Assembly: GCA_021513715.1 (NCBI GenBank)
Contig: CP084167.1
Span: 2,208,001 to 2,272,000 of the forward strand
DNA length: 64,000 bases
Direction: 5' to 3'
Source of the DNA: Candidatus Heimdallarchaeum endolithica
GTDB lineage: Archaea; Asgardarchaeota; Heimdallarchaeia; Heimdallarchaeales; Heimdallarchaeaceae
Shown: piece by piece, positions 1 through 15,000 of the stretch
Layout: the number at the start of each line of letters is the position of its first letter
Numbering within the stretch: the first letter of the stretch is position 1
Made by a program: the position numbers and the translations under genes
Notes under the pieces: generated by a model
Databases searched by the model: none
The model's input: only the letters and a program-made list of their open reading frames with translations
Told to the model about the DNA's origin: nothing

Positions 1-3000
1 TTTTTGTTTCTCCAAAAAGTCCCTTTAGTCCTTCCGCTGTTACCAGGTAGTCTATTCTTCCATATTTTGTTATGTCTTTTTGTAAGTTTATTGTATCTCC
101 TGTTTGTATTTCTCCTATTATTCCTTTTATTTTTTCCAACATCTCTTTATAGTGCTTATTGTATAGTTCTTGGTTTATTTCTGCTACTTTTTTCATTTCT
201 TTATCTATTATTTCATTCATTATCTTTAGCACTTTTCTTGTTCCTTTTTCTCCCCCATGGAATGATATGCATATTGTATAATCATCTTTTGTTCTTTTGC
301 TTAATTTTTTTGTTTGTATTATTTCTACGAATCTATAATTATTCACCTTATTTTCTTTTAATCTTATTAAAAACACCATGTATAAACTTCTTGTATCTTC
401 TGTTACTTCTGGTATGTATACTCTTTCTCCAAATATACTCTTTAGTTTACTTCTTACTATTTCTAATTGCTCTTTGTACGTCTTATAATCTATTTTTTCT
501 CCTTCCAGTTCTCCACTGTTTTCTTTGTTATACCATTTACCCAACTTTGTCTCTAGTATTATTTTTTCTATTATTGCTCTTATGTAACCGTTCTCGTTTA
601 TCAAGAATTCCATATTCTTATCTAATACTATTTTATCTACATTACGCATTAGCGTTACCAGTTCACTTATTTTACTTTTTATTTTTACACTTCTTCCTTC
701 ATTATTAGCGGTATATCTTACTATCTGACTTTTTATTCCTGGATTTTTCTTTGTTAATTGTGCTAACAGATCATCATCTTCTACTAGTAGTGTTTCTACT
801 ACGTCTATTTCGTAGTTATATTCCTTTCTTCCTGTTGTAAAAATGTTTATTTCTTCTTCTGTTAACTGATCTTTAAACGCTTCGTAATAACCTATAGGTG
901 TCAACACATTTTCTAGTATTTGTGCTAGTTTATTGTTTACTTCTGCTGGTGATATTGGAGAATTCACGTTATTTACTATTAAAAAGCTATTAACCATTTT
1001 ATTTATCCTTTCTTTTGGGTTAAACAGGCTAGCCATTTCTTTTAATCTTTTTAGTTCTATTATTCTCTCGTTTATTTCGTTTCTTAACTTTATCATTAAT
1101 TCTTCATCTATTTTTGCTTCACTTGTAAAGAGTATTTTTGCTAATTGTTCTACTATTTGATAATCTTCTTCCTTTGCTTTTTCTATTTCTGCTTTATCAT
1201 CCATTCTGTTTATTACTTCTAAATATTTTTTCATTTCTTCTACTGCATCATTTACATTCATAGGTCTTTTATCTATGATAATCTTGCCGTCCTTATTTAT
1301 ATCCATCTCTAATGCTAGGACATTTTTATTTTTCAAAAATTTGCTAAAATAAAGGGCATTATCAGATATCGCTTTCCATATTTCCGCTTTACTTAATTTT
1401 AGATTCTTTTCTAAAATTGTAAATGTATCATAGGTACTTACTTCTTGTATATTATTTAGTTGTTGTGCTAGATTTACGATTTGTTGTTCTTTACCTGTTA
1501 GTGCATTTTTCCCATTTAATTTTGAATTTATTGGCCAATAAATCATTTCTCCTTTACTATCCTTAATTATTTTTCCATCCCTATCTTGTAATATTAGCAC
1601 AGGTATCAATTCATTATTTTTCTCTATTACTACTCTTATTCGTGCCCAAGTATCTAGTCCTATACCATTTTTCAGTTCGATTTCTTTTCCATCAAAGGAA
1701 TATAGTTTATAATTTATAGGTTCACTTTTTTCTATCTCTGTAATTCTGTTTTCGTCAACTTTTAAGGTGTATTTTATATGTTCTGTTGGTATATAATCCG
1801 TTTTTATTATACGCACACTTTTTTCATCTTTAGCATATTCAGAATTGAAACAGTCTAAATATTCTGCTTTACTTACTACTTTTTCTTGACCATTTTCAAT
1901 AGTCGTATAAAATACAATAACATATCCTTTTGTATGTGATGTTATAAAATATGCTTTAGCATTCTCCCCGAAATCAGTCCTGAATTTTTCATTCAAGCTG
2001 TTAGTATCTATTACATTTAATATCCCTCTAACAGCTATTTTGAGACGTTCTGTGCTTTTTATTGGTTGAAATTGTAAGTATTTTCCTTTTGCTGTTATAT
2101 CGTTATTTTTCTTATCTACTACCTGTACATAATCTAGTAATGTTGAATAACCCGTGCTTGCATGATAGCTTATTTTATATCCTAGCATCGCCATAGCCAT
2201 TTCATCTGTTGTAATCTTGTTAGTCTGGCCACAGAAAAGGTAATTTACTACTCCTAACAGAGTTGAAAATATACCCGTATTACTAGCTATATTTCTTGGT
2301 CTATAATCCACTTCCTTCTTTATTATATGATTTAGTAATTTTGAAGTTAAATATGCTTCCTTATTTGTATAATCATATGCTAAAGGAAAATTGTCTAGCA
2401 AACCTGCAGTTAGATAGTATGCAAAATTATACTTCCCCTTATGTGTGAATGAAGTTTGTAAATCATTATTAGAAAGATACTTTAGTTCTACAAAGTTTCC
2501 CCCTGTTGTTATAAGATCTATCCCCACGTAATTTTCTGCTATTTTGTCTTGGGGGTTAATTAACTCAATAGTACTTTTTAAGATCGTATTTTTCAAGTTG
2601 ACATTAAAGGGTTTTTTTTCTCCCTCTTTTAGAGATTCTTTAATGGAAATAAATGGATTCTTAGAATCTAAAGTATTGTAAAGTATTTTATCTGTTTTTC
2701 TTAATAATTCTTTCAAGATGTTTATTGATTTTTCTGCTGCAACTTTGGTTGTGGATGTAGATTCTTTTTCTTTTATGTTTTCGAATAGTTTTTGTGTAAG
2801 TTCCTTGTATAAGAACATTCGTTGTAATAAGGTAAAAAGAGGAATAACAGACTTAAGTTGGGAGTGATAAGTAAATTCTTCAGTGCCATCTGTTGTTGGA
2901 TCAAACAGCTTAACTAGTAAACTTTGTCCATAGCCATTTTCTTTTAGCCAATTGAAAAATTTCACATCTAGGTTTTCTGAGAATATGTCTAGTAATTCTT

Positions 3001-6000
3001 CTTTATTTATTATTCCTGCCAATCTATCAGGAAGTTCAACGTAACGAATAAAAAATTCAGGAGATCTACTATGTGTTCTTTTTAGTTCTTTTATTGTTTT
3101 TTCTGTTATTTCTTCTAGTTCTTTTTCTGTTATTGTTGGATTCAGTTTTCTTTTCATTTCTTTTACATTTTCAATTGTTTTATCCCAATCTACGAATGAA
3201 TTACGAACTAAGCATATTCCTTCACTTTTTATTGCTTCAAAAACATTAAAATGATCCAACAGATCAAGACTTTCTTTAAAGGACAGTTTACTATCTATTA
3301 TCCCTGCTCCAGTGGTTTTCAGGTCTTGAATTTTATCTATTTTTGTTCCTTCTGGAGTAACTGAGTATACTGGGTATACTCCTTCATTTTGCACGTTTAG
3401 AGCCGTTATATAACTTAATGACAAGTATTTTAGTGGAGCCTCCATTATCAAATTTTGAGTGTTTTGCATTATCAATTGGGCTGTTACTCTTGATTTCAGC
3501 ATTAGTTCTACTAGTTCTTGTGCTTTTATTGGCTTTCCACTTAGCAGTTCGTTGTTTACCCATTTTCTGAGTACGAATGCCGCTACTACATCTATATCAG
3601 TTGCTTTGCTGAAAAGTTCTGCTGCTTCTTTTACTATTGTGTTTATACCCATTAAAGGTGCAGAATAAGTAAGAAGTAACAATTTCTGTGGTAGAAAAAT
3701 AGTAATTTGGGCAAAAGTGTTGACATATTTCAATAATCTTAGAGTGAGAGCAATTTTACCTCCACTATCTAAAAGACTCAAGAATTTGTTGCGTTTAGTG
3801 ATAAATTTAATTATCCGTCTTTCAGCAAAACTTCCAACATTGCTTATGAATCTTATAAAACCTTTTGTTGTTTTTGTTGTAATTCTTGAAGCTTTTGTCA
3901 TTGAATTCAATAAATCTTTTGTTGGAGATTGTGTAGGTGTGGGGGCAAAGAAACAAATAATATTGATAATATCCATTGGTATTTGGGATAAAGCCATTGC
4001 TCTAACAAAAGCGTCAGGAGCACAGACAGAGTCTCTTATATCAGCTAGCAAAGCTGTAACACTGAAAGTATTAACTAGCATTTCCCAGAAAGCTAAAGCT
4101 TCAAAATCGGAAAGTTTGGTCTTTTTTCCATTGAAATAGTGGAAGTAATCTAGGCTTACATACCAATCATAATCTCCAGAATCAGTTAGAGAAGGTACGG
4201 CTATAATGAAGTAACCATCATCAAAATCTTCATGTCCATCAGAATAAGCTTCTTGTACTGAATAGACTTTAATAGAATAAGGGCCATATTTCATTAATTG
4301 TTCTTTGAAATGGTAGTACATGTAAGCATCTCTTTTATTCATGTTGTAGTGTTCAGGAGTGTACTCTTCATTTGTCATCCAATCAATCATTTTCCAGTTA
4401 CCACTTTTTGCCCAATCTTGTAATATTTCCTCCATTTCGTAGTCAGGTACAAGGGGTAAATACTTAGAAGGTTCAGAACCATCACGTGGTTTAAGTTCTG
4501 GTTCATTTTTAACTAAAATGGAGTCGAGATACCAGTCCCAATAATCATTTATACAAAGCAATGATTTAGTTTTTTCGCTAGTGTCAAATATTTCTCCTTT
4601 TGCCAATCCTGCTCCACGGGTTGTTCCTAACATCAACCCCCAAAGCAAGATAAAAGTAGACTTCCATCCTCGATAATCTTCTTCAGAGAGGACAGAGTCA
4701 TCTCCATCATTACCTCTCCAATTACCAAATAAACCTTTGATCAATCCGCCAGAGCGGAAGAAAATACTAAACATCTGTTTAAGAGGGAGTAGAAAAGATT
4801 TCACTCCCATAGTGAATTTTGACCAACCTTTGAGCTCTTTGGTTCTATCCCAGAAAGTGAGAGGATAACTAGTGGTGAAATAGGTAAGGATGTCTGATGA
4901 ATGTATAGCAAACTCTATTATTCCTGCAGAAACATCATAGATAAGTGTACCATTCTCGTCATAAAACTCTGCGGGGATATCTTCCCAAGTATAATCTGCA
5001 CCTAGAATTTCATCAAAAATAGTCAAGCTCACCACATCTGTAGGTAAATCCATATCTACTAACATAATATTCTGGTGAAGATAAGCGATTGCGATCTGAA
5101 AAGAGCTAATGAAATCGTTTTTTACATTCCCATAAAGAGAGGGAAGAATGTTGGTGTTTGTCCACACTTCAGGAGTAGCTAATCCTTCTCCTATCGTGCG
5201 TTCTGTTGTTTCATTTATCCATTCTCTTACAAATTCGCAGTTATCTATTTGATTAGCGGAAGGAAGACCAAACATTGCGTTAGTATTATAAGCATATACT
5301 CTACCTCTAGTGTTAACCATCTCTAGACCATAGCTTTCTTTTGAAACTAGGTCAGTATGATAGGTGTAGAGAGTGTGGCTTTGTTCATCATAAATGTAGT
5401 TACGAGAATAAGTTTCATTTTTTTCCGTAAGGTATAAGTAAGAGGAATCGATTTTGGGTCTATACATTTCTAATTCAAAATTATCAAATTGGACAGTTGT
5501 GCGAAGAGCATAAGTTTGAGTCAAATTATTATTATAGTCTAACGTATTTTCAATAAGATAATCTTTTGTCAGTTTGAAATCAGTAGAGTTAAGAGGGTCA
5601 ATAAAGGTTAAAGTTTCTTTTTCTTCTTCTTTTTCTAAATCTATGGATATGGAACGAGCTTCAGAGATGTCGACATTAAGACTAGAGTTATATTGAGAAG
5701 AGAGATCGAGAGAGAGACCTGCAACTGTCTCTAAATGAATTTTATCTCTAGAACTTGTAGGTACACCATAACGGTATGCACTAGTAACAGGGTCAACCAA
5801 TGTTTCATTTGCTCCAGGAATAATAGAACAGTCTTCAATATCTGGGACACCAAAACCGTCGTAAAGTTTAGGTATCCACTCAGAATCTATTCCTGGGTCA
5901 TATTGACTGTTGTTGTTTCTATCTTGGAAATACCAGTATTCGACAAAACTGTACATTCCCACCAAGAAAGAAAAAGGTTGAACAAAGGAGTGACTTGTTC

Positions 6001-9000
6001 CCTTATCTAATACTATTGCATAATTCATCTGGAAAAGAAGAAATTTCCAGTTGTATTTGGTACCATTAGTAGGGGTGATAAGATTACCTTCTTCATCATA
6101 CCATTTCTTACCTTTGTATAATTCCTCAACTCCTGAAATACCAGTGAAGTAAACTCTCCAATGGTGGTATGTTCCATAGCTATCGACATAGAATCCTCCT
6201 TTGTAAACATTGTAGGGGTTGAGAGGAATAGTATCTATAGTTTGCATTTTAGAGTAGGCAAAAGTTTTAGTATCAGACTTTTTGCGAGTAAAATCGACTT
6301 CTAGTTGGTTATTAAACCGAATAGTATTTTTAGCTAAAACATTAGAATAGTCGACATGCACTTCATCAGGTTCTACAAAGTTGTGAATTAAATCCCAACA
6401 AGGTTCAATTATTGCTCCAAAAAAGGCGTTTTCTTCACTTACACGTTCTAAGATTAGACTTATTTGATGAATGCCCTTTTTATTTAGGAATATGGTAGAA
6501 GGAGGAGAACTGTAGTGATCTAAAACTGAACTTTCATTTACTTCTCCTTTTGCTACTCCTGCCCACAAAGCAACTTCGCGGTTATCCCTTATATCTCCGT
6601 ATACTTCCCAAGGTTCAGTTTTTCTATTTAACCCTTCACTATTGAGAGGAATAAGTAGTTTATCTCCGTAAAAGGTTATTTCATTCCACATAGCTTCGTT
6701 GTCCATAACTAAGGGGATACCATCAATCATCAACTGTTTAATAACTATTGTTTCATGAGTAAAAGCGATGATAAGTTCGCTTTCATTTATATCTTGTGTA
6801 AAGTCTACACAAGTAACAAGGGCTACTTGTTGTCCCGCATGAACAGAATAAGGCAATTCTCCAAGACTGAAAACTCCATATTCATCTTCTAAACTTATTT
6901 TTTCAAAAACGAAACGTTCTTCATTATTCAAGAGAAAAGTTTCTCCTTCCAAAGGCATAGTTCGAGAAAGTAGATGAGTTATAGCTGCTGTCGATTCCCC
7001 GTCGTTGTAATAAGCATTAGAGACTAACCACTCACGTATACGGTTATTATTCTCTCCTGCATTAAGTTGTACTATTCCATCGCTCATATAACTTATTCTT
7101 ATTTTCTTGGGGAAAGAATAAACAGGAAAGATAAGGTGAAGGAATAAAGGAGTGAGTTCAGTTTGAGGGGTGAAGAAACGAGTAGATGAACCCATTCCTA
7201 GTTCTTGTTTTTTCATTATAGTTGCAAAACCTGTGGAAAGGACAAATATACCGTTTGTTTCTATTTCAAAAAAGACTTTACTTGAAGTGAAATCAGAAGT
7301 AAGATAAAGAACAAGATCGTAAGTTATGTGAGTTTGATTGTCTATAAACTCATGATAAACGAATACTTCATCCAGATTTATCCATCCATCAAGAGAGACG
7401 TTATATTGTTGCCATTTTAGTTCTCCAACAAAAGATTGAGTGTCTTTATTTACTGCAGAAACTCTAGCTCCAGCATAAGGATATCTTCCAGCTACTAAAT
7501 TGTTATATACACGAAATTCAGTGAGGTAGAAGGTTGTGTCAGGAGTAACGGTGAACTCTACTTTTTGTTTTTCCGTTGAAAATCCTCCGTATCCATAGTC
7601 GGCATAAGTTTCATATTCTGAGAGATCAAAGGAAGCAGGATAAGTGTCAGTCTTCTTGATGTAAAGAATAAGTTGGAAAAGATCTATTCTGAAATAACTC
7701 CACTTTCCTTCCTCTTTTGTACAAGTAAGAGTAACAGTGAAAAGGTTACTTTGTGAATCGTAAGAATATGCTCCTGTATCTCGTTCAGAATCATTCATAC
7801 CAAAATTGAGAGTGAGTAAAACGGGGTATCTCTCGTTAGTATGTATATCTGTAAGGAAAAAGGGAGTGTCGAAAGTAATATTTCCTTTTCCTTTGGCAAA
7901 TCCTTCTAGTACAAAGTTCTCTCTTTTATCTGGTAGAGGAAGATAACCACCGATAGGTAGAGAGAATTTCGTTACTTTCTGTTGTAACTCTTGGTCATGA
8001 ACAATTTGCTGTCCTCCCGTGTATTTGACTGGGACATATTTAGCGCTCTCGTAGTCGTTTACTTGTGGAACATAAAGGAAAGAAGAGGCATGCTGCTCAT
8101 TTTCTATCATAAGGTGAAATATCGCGCTAATACGTTTGGAAGTGAGAGTAATTCGTAAAGGTTTCTTGTAATCGAACTCTGTTTCAAAAGTATAAGTATA
8201 CTTTCTCCGCTCCAAAGAAGAAGAGATTTGTTCCCACTTCAGAGTCTGAGTCTCGCTTGTTCTATGTTGATCTGTAACGGTTACTGAAACTTCAGAATAG
8301 ATATCATAAACGGTACATCCGAAAACGGTTATAACGACTTTCTTGAGTAACTTGTTTTTTATGCTTGTCGCTCCTGAAAGGTCTTCCTCTTTAACTATTT
8401 TTTCATCTATTTGGTCGTCATCAAAATCTTCTTCTATTCCTCCAAAATATAGATCATCTATTTCTGTTAGACCAGCTCGACTGTGTATTTCGAAAGTGAA
8501 ATGAGGGTAGTATGTTAAAGGTTCATCGAGAGTAACATTGTACATCTCTCCATTGATGTAGATCAAAAGTTCATAAATTTCTACGGTGTAAGTTGCGTTG
8601 AGTGTTTCATCAAAAGAAAGATAACTATTATTCACATATCTGAAATAAATTCTATTCCACTCGTCTAAACTAAATGTGTGATTAACAAAATAACCGTCAG
8701 AATAGGTCATAGAAGAGGAAACGTCTTCCCCATAACTGAAACGAAGTTTCTTTCCTTCTATAAGTATACTTCCAACAGTATAATCTTTTATTCCCGAATA
8801 ATAACAACCAAATACACTCAAAGATAGTTTGGTGTATAAGGTAGGTTTAATATCAAGTGCAAAATCTACAGGTAAGTTTTCACCTAAAACACTATCTACT
8901 GTAGTGCTAAGTTTAACTTCTCCGGAAACTTCCAAAATATTATCTATAGGAGGTTGGATGTAGTAATCCCCTAATGTTCCTTCTCCTAAATAAAAGTCCT

Positions 9001-12000
9001 CTTCCATACCTTCTACAGTCTCTTTAACATGATGGAAAGAAGAAGAGTGTATTCCTTCCATTGTCAGACCGGTTAATTCTCCAGTTTGGAAAACTAACTC
9101 ACATTCTTGCAAAGTAGAAAAAGTGGGGACAGTAAAAGTGAGCATATCACTTTCTCGGTCTAGTTCTTTCCACAAATCAAACTCAATATACGATTCTTCT
9201 ATCCTTACCCTCATGTAAAATTGCTGATACAAACTATTATAGCCGAGATCAACAGGAATAGGAACCCACGTTCCTATCTGCTCTTCATTTGCACCTATTA
9301 TTTTTCTGAAAACTCCCACTTCAAATCTGTTCTCTGAAACACTACTGAGTTTAAACCTTAATACATACTCATAGTTCGATTGTTGGAAAACACCTAAATC
9401 TACAAAATCCTCTTCAGTAATAGCACCTAAAATATAAGGAGAAAATTCAATAACTGTTGCACTTCCAGCTTTAATTACTCTGTCTAATAACGTTTTACTC
9501 TCAGGTTGGATAATTATTCTTTCTCCATCATTTATCCAAGAACTATTAGAATAATCCTCTGCTTTCTTTATTACAGAAGATTTTTCATTTTCTGCTAAAG
9601 TGTGGATGAATACATCTCCAATACTTATACCCAAGTCATTTAAGCCAAAACCAAAACAATTAGGAGGTAGAAGAGAAAAAGTATGAGTATAGTAAGATGA
9701 ATTTAGATAAAATCTATTTTCAAATTCGATAATTTTGTGCCCACTATAGTATAAAGCCAAGTTTTCCTCTGGAATAGCGTATTCCTTTGTATAATCTTCA
9801 CATATACTTCCATTCTCATAAATCCCACTTCCTACATACTCATCGTTTTCTCCTTCAATCAAAGTAAAAGTATAAGCACTATCGCTTATTCCCCCCTCTG
9901 TTAGAGGATCAGAATTATCCCAAGTAATAATGTGTCTATAATCATCTCCATCTCCATCTTCCATCCAGCTATTGATATAGGTTTGTTGTTGTAGATACAT
10001 TGGTTCATAATAGTATTTGTTGTAACCATCATGACTTAAAGTAATAATATATTTGTAAGAATCTTCACTAATTTCTTCCATGTAAATGTTAAAATGCAAA
10101 GTTAGATCTTCGATATTTCTAAATGCGCCTAGACTACTTCTTCCAATGTAAACATGGTAGTAAGGTTGAAAATCTACAACCTCATTATCTAAATCTCCAT
10201 AACCATCAAAATAGTTACCAGAATCATAATAGACAAAGATTCGGAGAACTTTGGGATGATTAGAGTCGTGAGAAGGAAGGAATATTGGTATTGTTTTATA
10301 AAAAGCTAACCTTTCTTCTTCATTTATTCTATTGTCAGAATTAATGCTGAAATATCCTTGTTCCCACAAATCTTCTACTGACCAAGAATCAATTTTGACA
10401 TCAAACTCAAATAAGTTTTTATTTCCCAGATAAGTTCCAGAATAAAATATTGGTAAACTATTGTATTGGTCAAATATCATCATTTCATTAGTAAATATAT
10501 TATCATCGTCATATGTTTCTGTTCCTGATTCACTAAAATATTCGGTATAGGTTATACTATTCTGTCTTAGCATAGCAGGGTAACGGAAAATGAAAGCCGA
10601 GTTGAAATCATCGAAATCATACAGTTCATACTTAGGAATCCTTACCCAAGTTTCACCAAAGGGGAGAGTATATGAATTATAATCAATCGTGGTTCCTGTT
10701 TGATGAGGCTCTACTGGTGTTATGTGAGGCCATACCTCTAAAGACTCTTGTGTTCCATCATGATCTTCATCGTCAAACATCTGCCATCTTAGATTCTCTG
10801 CATGAGAAAATTCCATGTTGGAATAAGAATCGACACTGAAAATTAATCCATTATAACTTGCAAAAGGACTTACGTGAGTTAAAGGATTAACACGTATCCC
10901 TTCGTCTCCATCTATCAGTCCATTGCGATTTTTATCTACCCAATCGTTTTCGAACCAAAGCCCAGAAGAAGGAACAACCCAACGTTCATCTGGTGATTCT
11001 CCATGTCCAAAAAGGTAAGAAGCAGTGTCTATCGCTTTGAATTCATCCCACCAGAGATAATCTATACAAGAATAAAGTTCTTGTCCATTTAGATTTGTTA
11101 AATATTGGGTATGATTAATTTGTAGATCATACCTTGTTATTTTTCCATTATAATCGAAATTATATTTTATGTTTTGGTAATCATTAAAAGTCAAATCTTT
11201 GGCTATAATGGGCGAAGAATCGTCGGTGTTATTATAGAAACTGATTTTACCTAATACATAGAAGGGACTGCTTAATCCATATCTAGATATTTTTTTCGAT
11301 GCAAAGGTTCGAGTAAGATTAGAGTTATTAGGAATGAATAAGTATTCTCCTTTTCTGAATTTATAGATTTCAGGGTCGGTGAAATCTACTTTGAGAGGAT
11401 AGTTTGCTACAAAAATATCTTTATTTTCTAACAAATAGGGTGTGCCGTAAAATAGACAATAAGCATTATATTCCTCTACTAGAAGTTCAGGTTTCCATTC
11501 AATTGCCCAAGTGGTAGGTAAACCATAAATAGACAAATAGCTTTTTGCATAACTAGGTAAAGAATCTGTAGAGTAAAAAACAAGTTTGCCTTTTTCATCA
11601 TTTACATTTTTTAGTGTAACAAAGAATGCATCATAATCTGCTTCAAAATCGTCGGTGTAGTCTCTTTTCAACTCTTCTGTTTGTCCAAAGTGGACACTTA
11701 GCACTAAAGTTTCATAATCTCTTACATCTATTCTGCTACCTAAAAGTACGCAATGTTCTCCTGATAAATCCTCATAACTAAAACTAGGAGTAAGAGTAGA
11801 GGAGGGGTCAGTCCACTTTTCAGTTATATCCTTATCAGAATAGATAGTTTGGTTCCACCCGTAGGTCACCATATCGCTTTTTCCATCTCCATTTGTATCA
11901 GGATTAGACGGAAAAACAAGAAAAACTTTCAAGAATCCAATATAGTCATACCCTTTGTTTCTTACAAAAGTTTGATTATAAGGATAAAATTTTACAATTA

Positions 12001-15000
12001 TTTTGGTATTATCTAATATCTTAGAAGGATCTTTATACGCTTGTGAATCAAACATGCGTAAACTATATTCTAATAATGTTATTCCTTCAGGATTAATCGT
12101 TGTATTATCTACAGGTTTAACTTTTTTCCAAATATCTTCTATTGAGCTGTTACTAATCTGAAAATAAATATCTAAGTTAGTTAATACAGAAGAGAGAGTA
12201 AACAATCTAGATTGAGGATTAACTCTGAAAGACGTTTTGTCTAATCCTTCTGGAGCGTTTTCTGGAAGAGTGTTGACGTACCAAGGTGTGAGAGGGTTGT
12301 CGTTAGGATCGTTAGTAAAGGAAGGTTGTAACTCGGGGTCAATAAGTGTATATAAGTAAGGGTTAGTGTAAAGACTAACGGGAGTATCTAAATAACTTTG
12401 GATATTGTTTTTAATTGAAGCAACAAGTCTGCTGTCGCTGAGGAACGGAACAGAGTGAGTTTTCTCTCTCGGGATAGAAAAATCGATTGTTCCTTCACTC
12501 ATGTCGATCTTGTAAATAATGATGTTCTTAATAACCATAAAGTCTGCAGAACGAAAAGTTATATCTTTTAGTACGTTTCCTCCTTGAATACCTGTTGTAT
12601 CAGCTATGTTTTCGATGTTGAAAGTTATTACTCTCTCTTTAGTTGAAACGAACTCTTTAGTTATAGTACTGGTAGCGGGAATAATATTATCTTCACTGTT
12701 TATGATATTGAAGTCAACAGAAACACTTATGTTTAAAGGAGGATAAACAAGAGTGTAGTTTTCTTTTAATGAGTAAATAGTCAATCTCATGTATTTGAAT
12801 TGTGTTAAATCTACATTGACGTTGGGTATTTTTACCTCTCCATTAAAAGCGACCAGATTGTTTCCAACTATTTTGTATTCCGCATCTATAAACTCATAGT
12901 CAGAGACAACATCGGTTATACCGTCTCCATCCAAATCTTCATTTATCAATGAAGGACTGAATAAAGTATAACCATACGTTTCATACCATTGGTCGTCAAA
13001 AGAAAGATTTTCTGAAGTTTCCTCATCGTAAAAGTTGTAACTCCATCCATCATCACCTAAATTCAACCCGGAAGCATCTTCTAAAGCGTTAGCAGAAAAA
13101 CCGATAGGTGCTGTCATTAGAGATTGTATCTCTATAACTTCAGGAGTAACTTCAAGAGAGTAATGTCTTTCTAACCTTACCTCATAATTACCAGGAATAA
13201 GATCAAGATAAAGACTGTGGGAGTAAAAATCTTTACTTCCATGCTCGGTCCAAGAGATAGTGCCGTAAAAAGTAAAAGTCTCAGGAGCGTTTAATCTTCT
13301 AATATATACATCTATTTGTGTGTTTGGAAAAGTGCCTTGACTTTTAGCTTTAACTTTAAGAAGACAAGGTTCTAATATTTCCATGTCGTAAGAAGCAATA
13401 AAATACTGGTTATCTACATCATTTAAGACCAGATTACCCTCTTCTACATGACTATACTCTGATTTGGAATAATAATCATAAGCGTTGACTACCTCTCCAA
13501 AAGCATGTACTCCACTCCATTCGATAGAGAAGAGTTCAAAAGGCGTCTTCAAGGGTTCGTAAGTTTGGGTTTCTTGATTATAACCTTTTACAAAAATATG
13601 AATATAATTATACATGTATAATGTGGTAGGAAAGGCCAAATATTCTATAATACCTTTCTTTAACAGTTTTTCTCCTATTAGCTCTAATTTGGGTACACCA
13701 TTCAACCCATATGTGGTCATGTATAGTTCTACCATCACATCTTGGTAAGAATGAGCTACAATCAGTAATCTATTCGCTTTTTCGTAATCTGGAGCATCAA
13801 GAGAAAGATAATCAAACTTTACTGTTGCTCCTCCACTTTGTTTTGCTACCACGTTATCAAAAACAGAAAAGATACCTACATCACCGTGAAAACCGTAAAG
13901 TGTAGGCATGTTGATGATTAGGTCTTGACTATTAATGCTTACCTGGTAAGCTCTTAAACCTTTTAGCGATTTTACACCAAAGGAAACGGATTCGTTAAGA
14001 GTAAAATCATCTATCTTTTCAATTTTAGTTATTACTCCATCTTTGTAAATAACTAAAGCAGGATAAAAATACGACTTTTCCCCGTCGTTAACTTCTAAAA
14101 TGTAACCTATTCCGAATTCTACATCTGCCATATAGCCATATATACCTATACCGCTTACTATCCCTTTTTTCTCTATTATCATACTGGTATGTATCTGGAA
14201 TTCTGCTACTTCTGAATCATTTTTGATAATTCTACAACTATCATGCATAACTACTGTATCATCATAACTAACTAGATTACTAGAGAGAATATTTTCATCA
14301 GAATAATATGAACTGTTAATTGTTTCTTCGTTTAAAGTATCATGAAAGATACTTTCTGTTATTTCAGTAAGATAAGAAGCGACATACCCATCTCTATCAG
14401 TACTTAAAGCTAAAACGTCGCTTCCATACATATCTGTAACTATCGTTTTGGAGCGAGGGTTCTTGGCTAGATATTCGGTAGGGTTGATAACTTTGTTATG
14501 CATTCCTGTATAATAGAAGGTCTTAATACTTAATTCGCTGAAATAAATCTCTATAGGGTTAGTTTCTTCATGACCATAATCTATCTCAAACTCAAACTTG
14601 AACCATATTGTTTTTCCTCTTAAACCTTCTAAATCAGTACTATCAAATAGCAAATCTTCATCTATTGTCCCATCGTCCCAGCTCTCACTTATTATTACCT
14701 CTCTTACATTTCCATAATAGTCAACATAACAATATTTTACAGTGAAATAAATTGTATGGTTATTTTCTTCTATTGGACTAATCATAAATCCATTGTAATC
14801 TAATGTCACAACAGGAACATTAGGAATATAGACAGCATCACTTTCAAAACTGTTGAAAGCGTATAAAGTTACAATATTTGAATCGTTATCGTTGTTAAAT
14901 GTCCCATCGAGTAAAAAGTTGTGATAGTATAATTTTCTAGTATAAACTTTTATTTCTCCTATCCTAACTTTTCCATAAATCTTTATTTTCATGGAGGTTG

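Noticed and set aside
4-13905. Short ORFs in the track within 1-15484 (4..708, 933..1160, 3717..4139 and others)
   Set aside because: Antisense or off-frame shadows of the giant minus-strand ORF; their Leu/Phe richness mirrors its A-rich codons.
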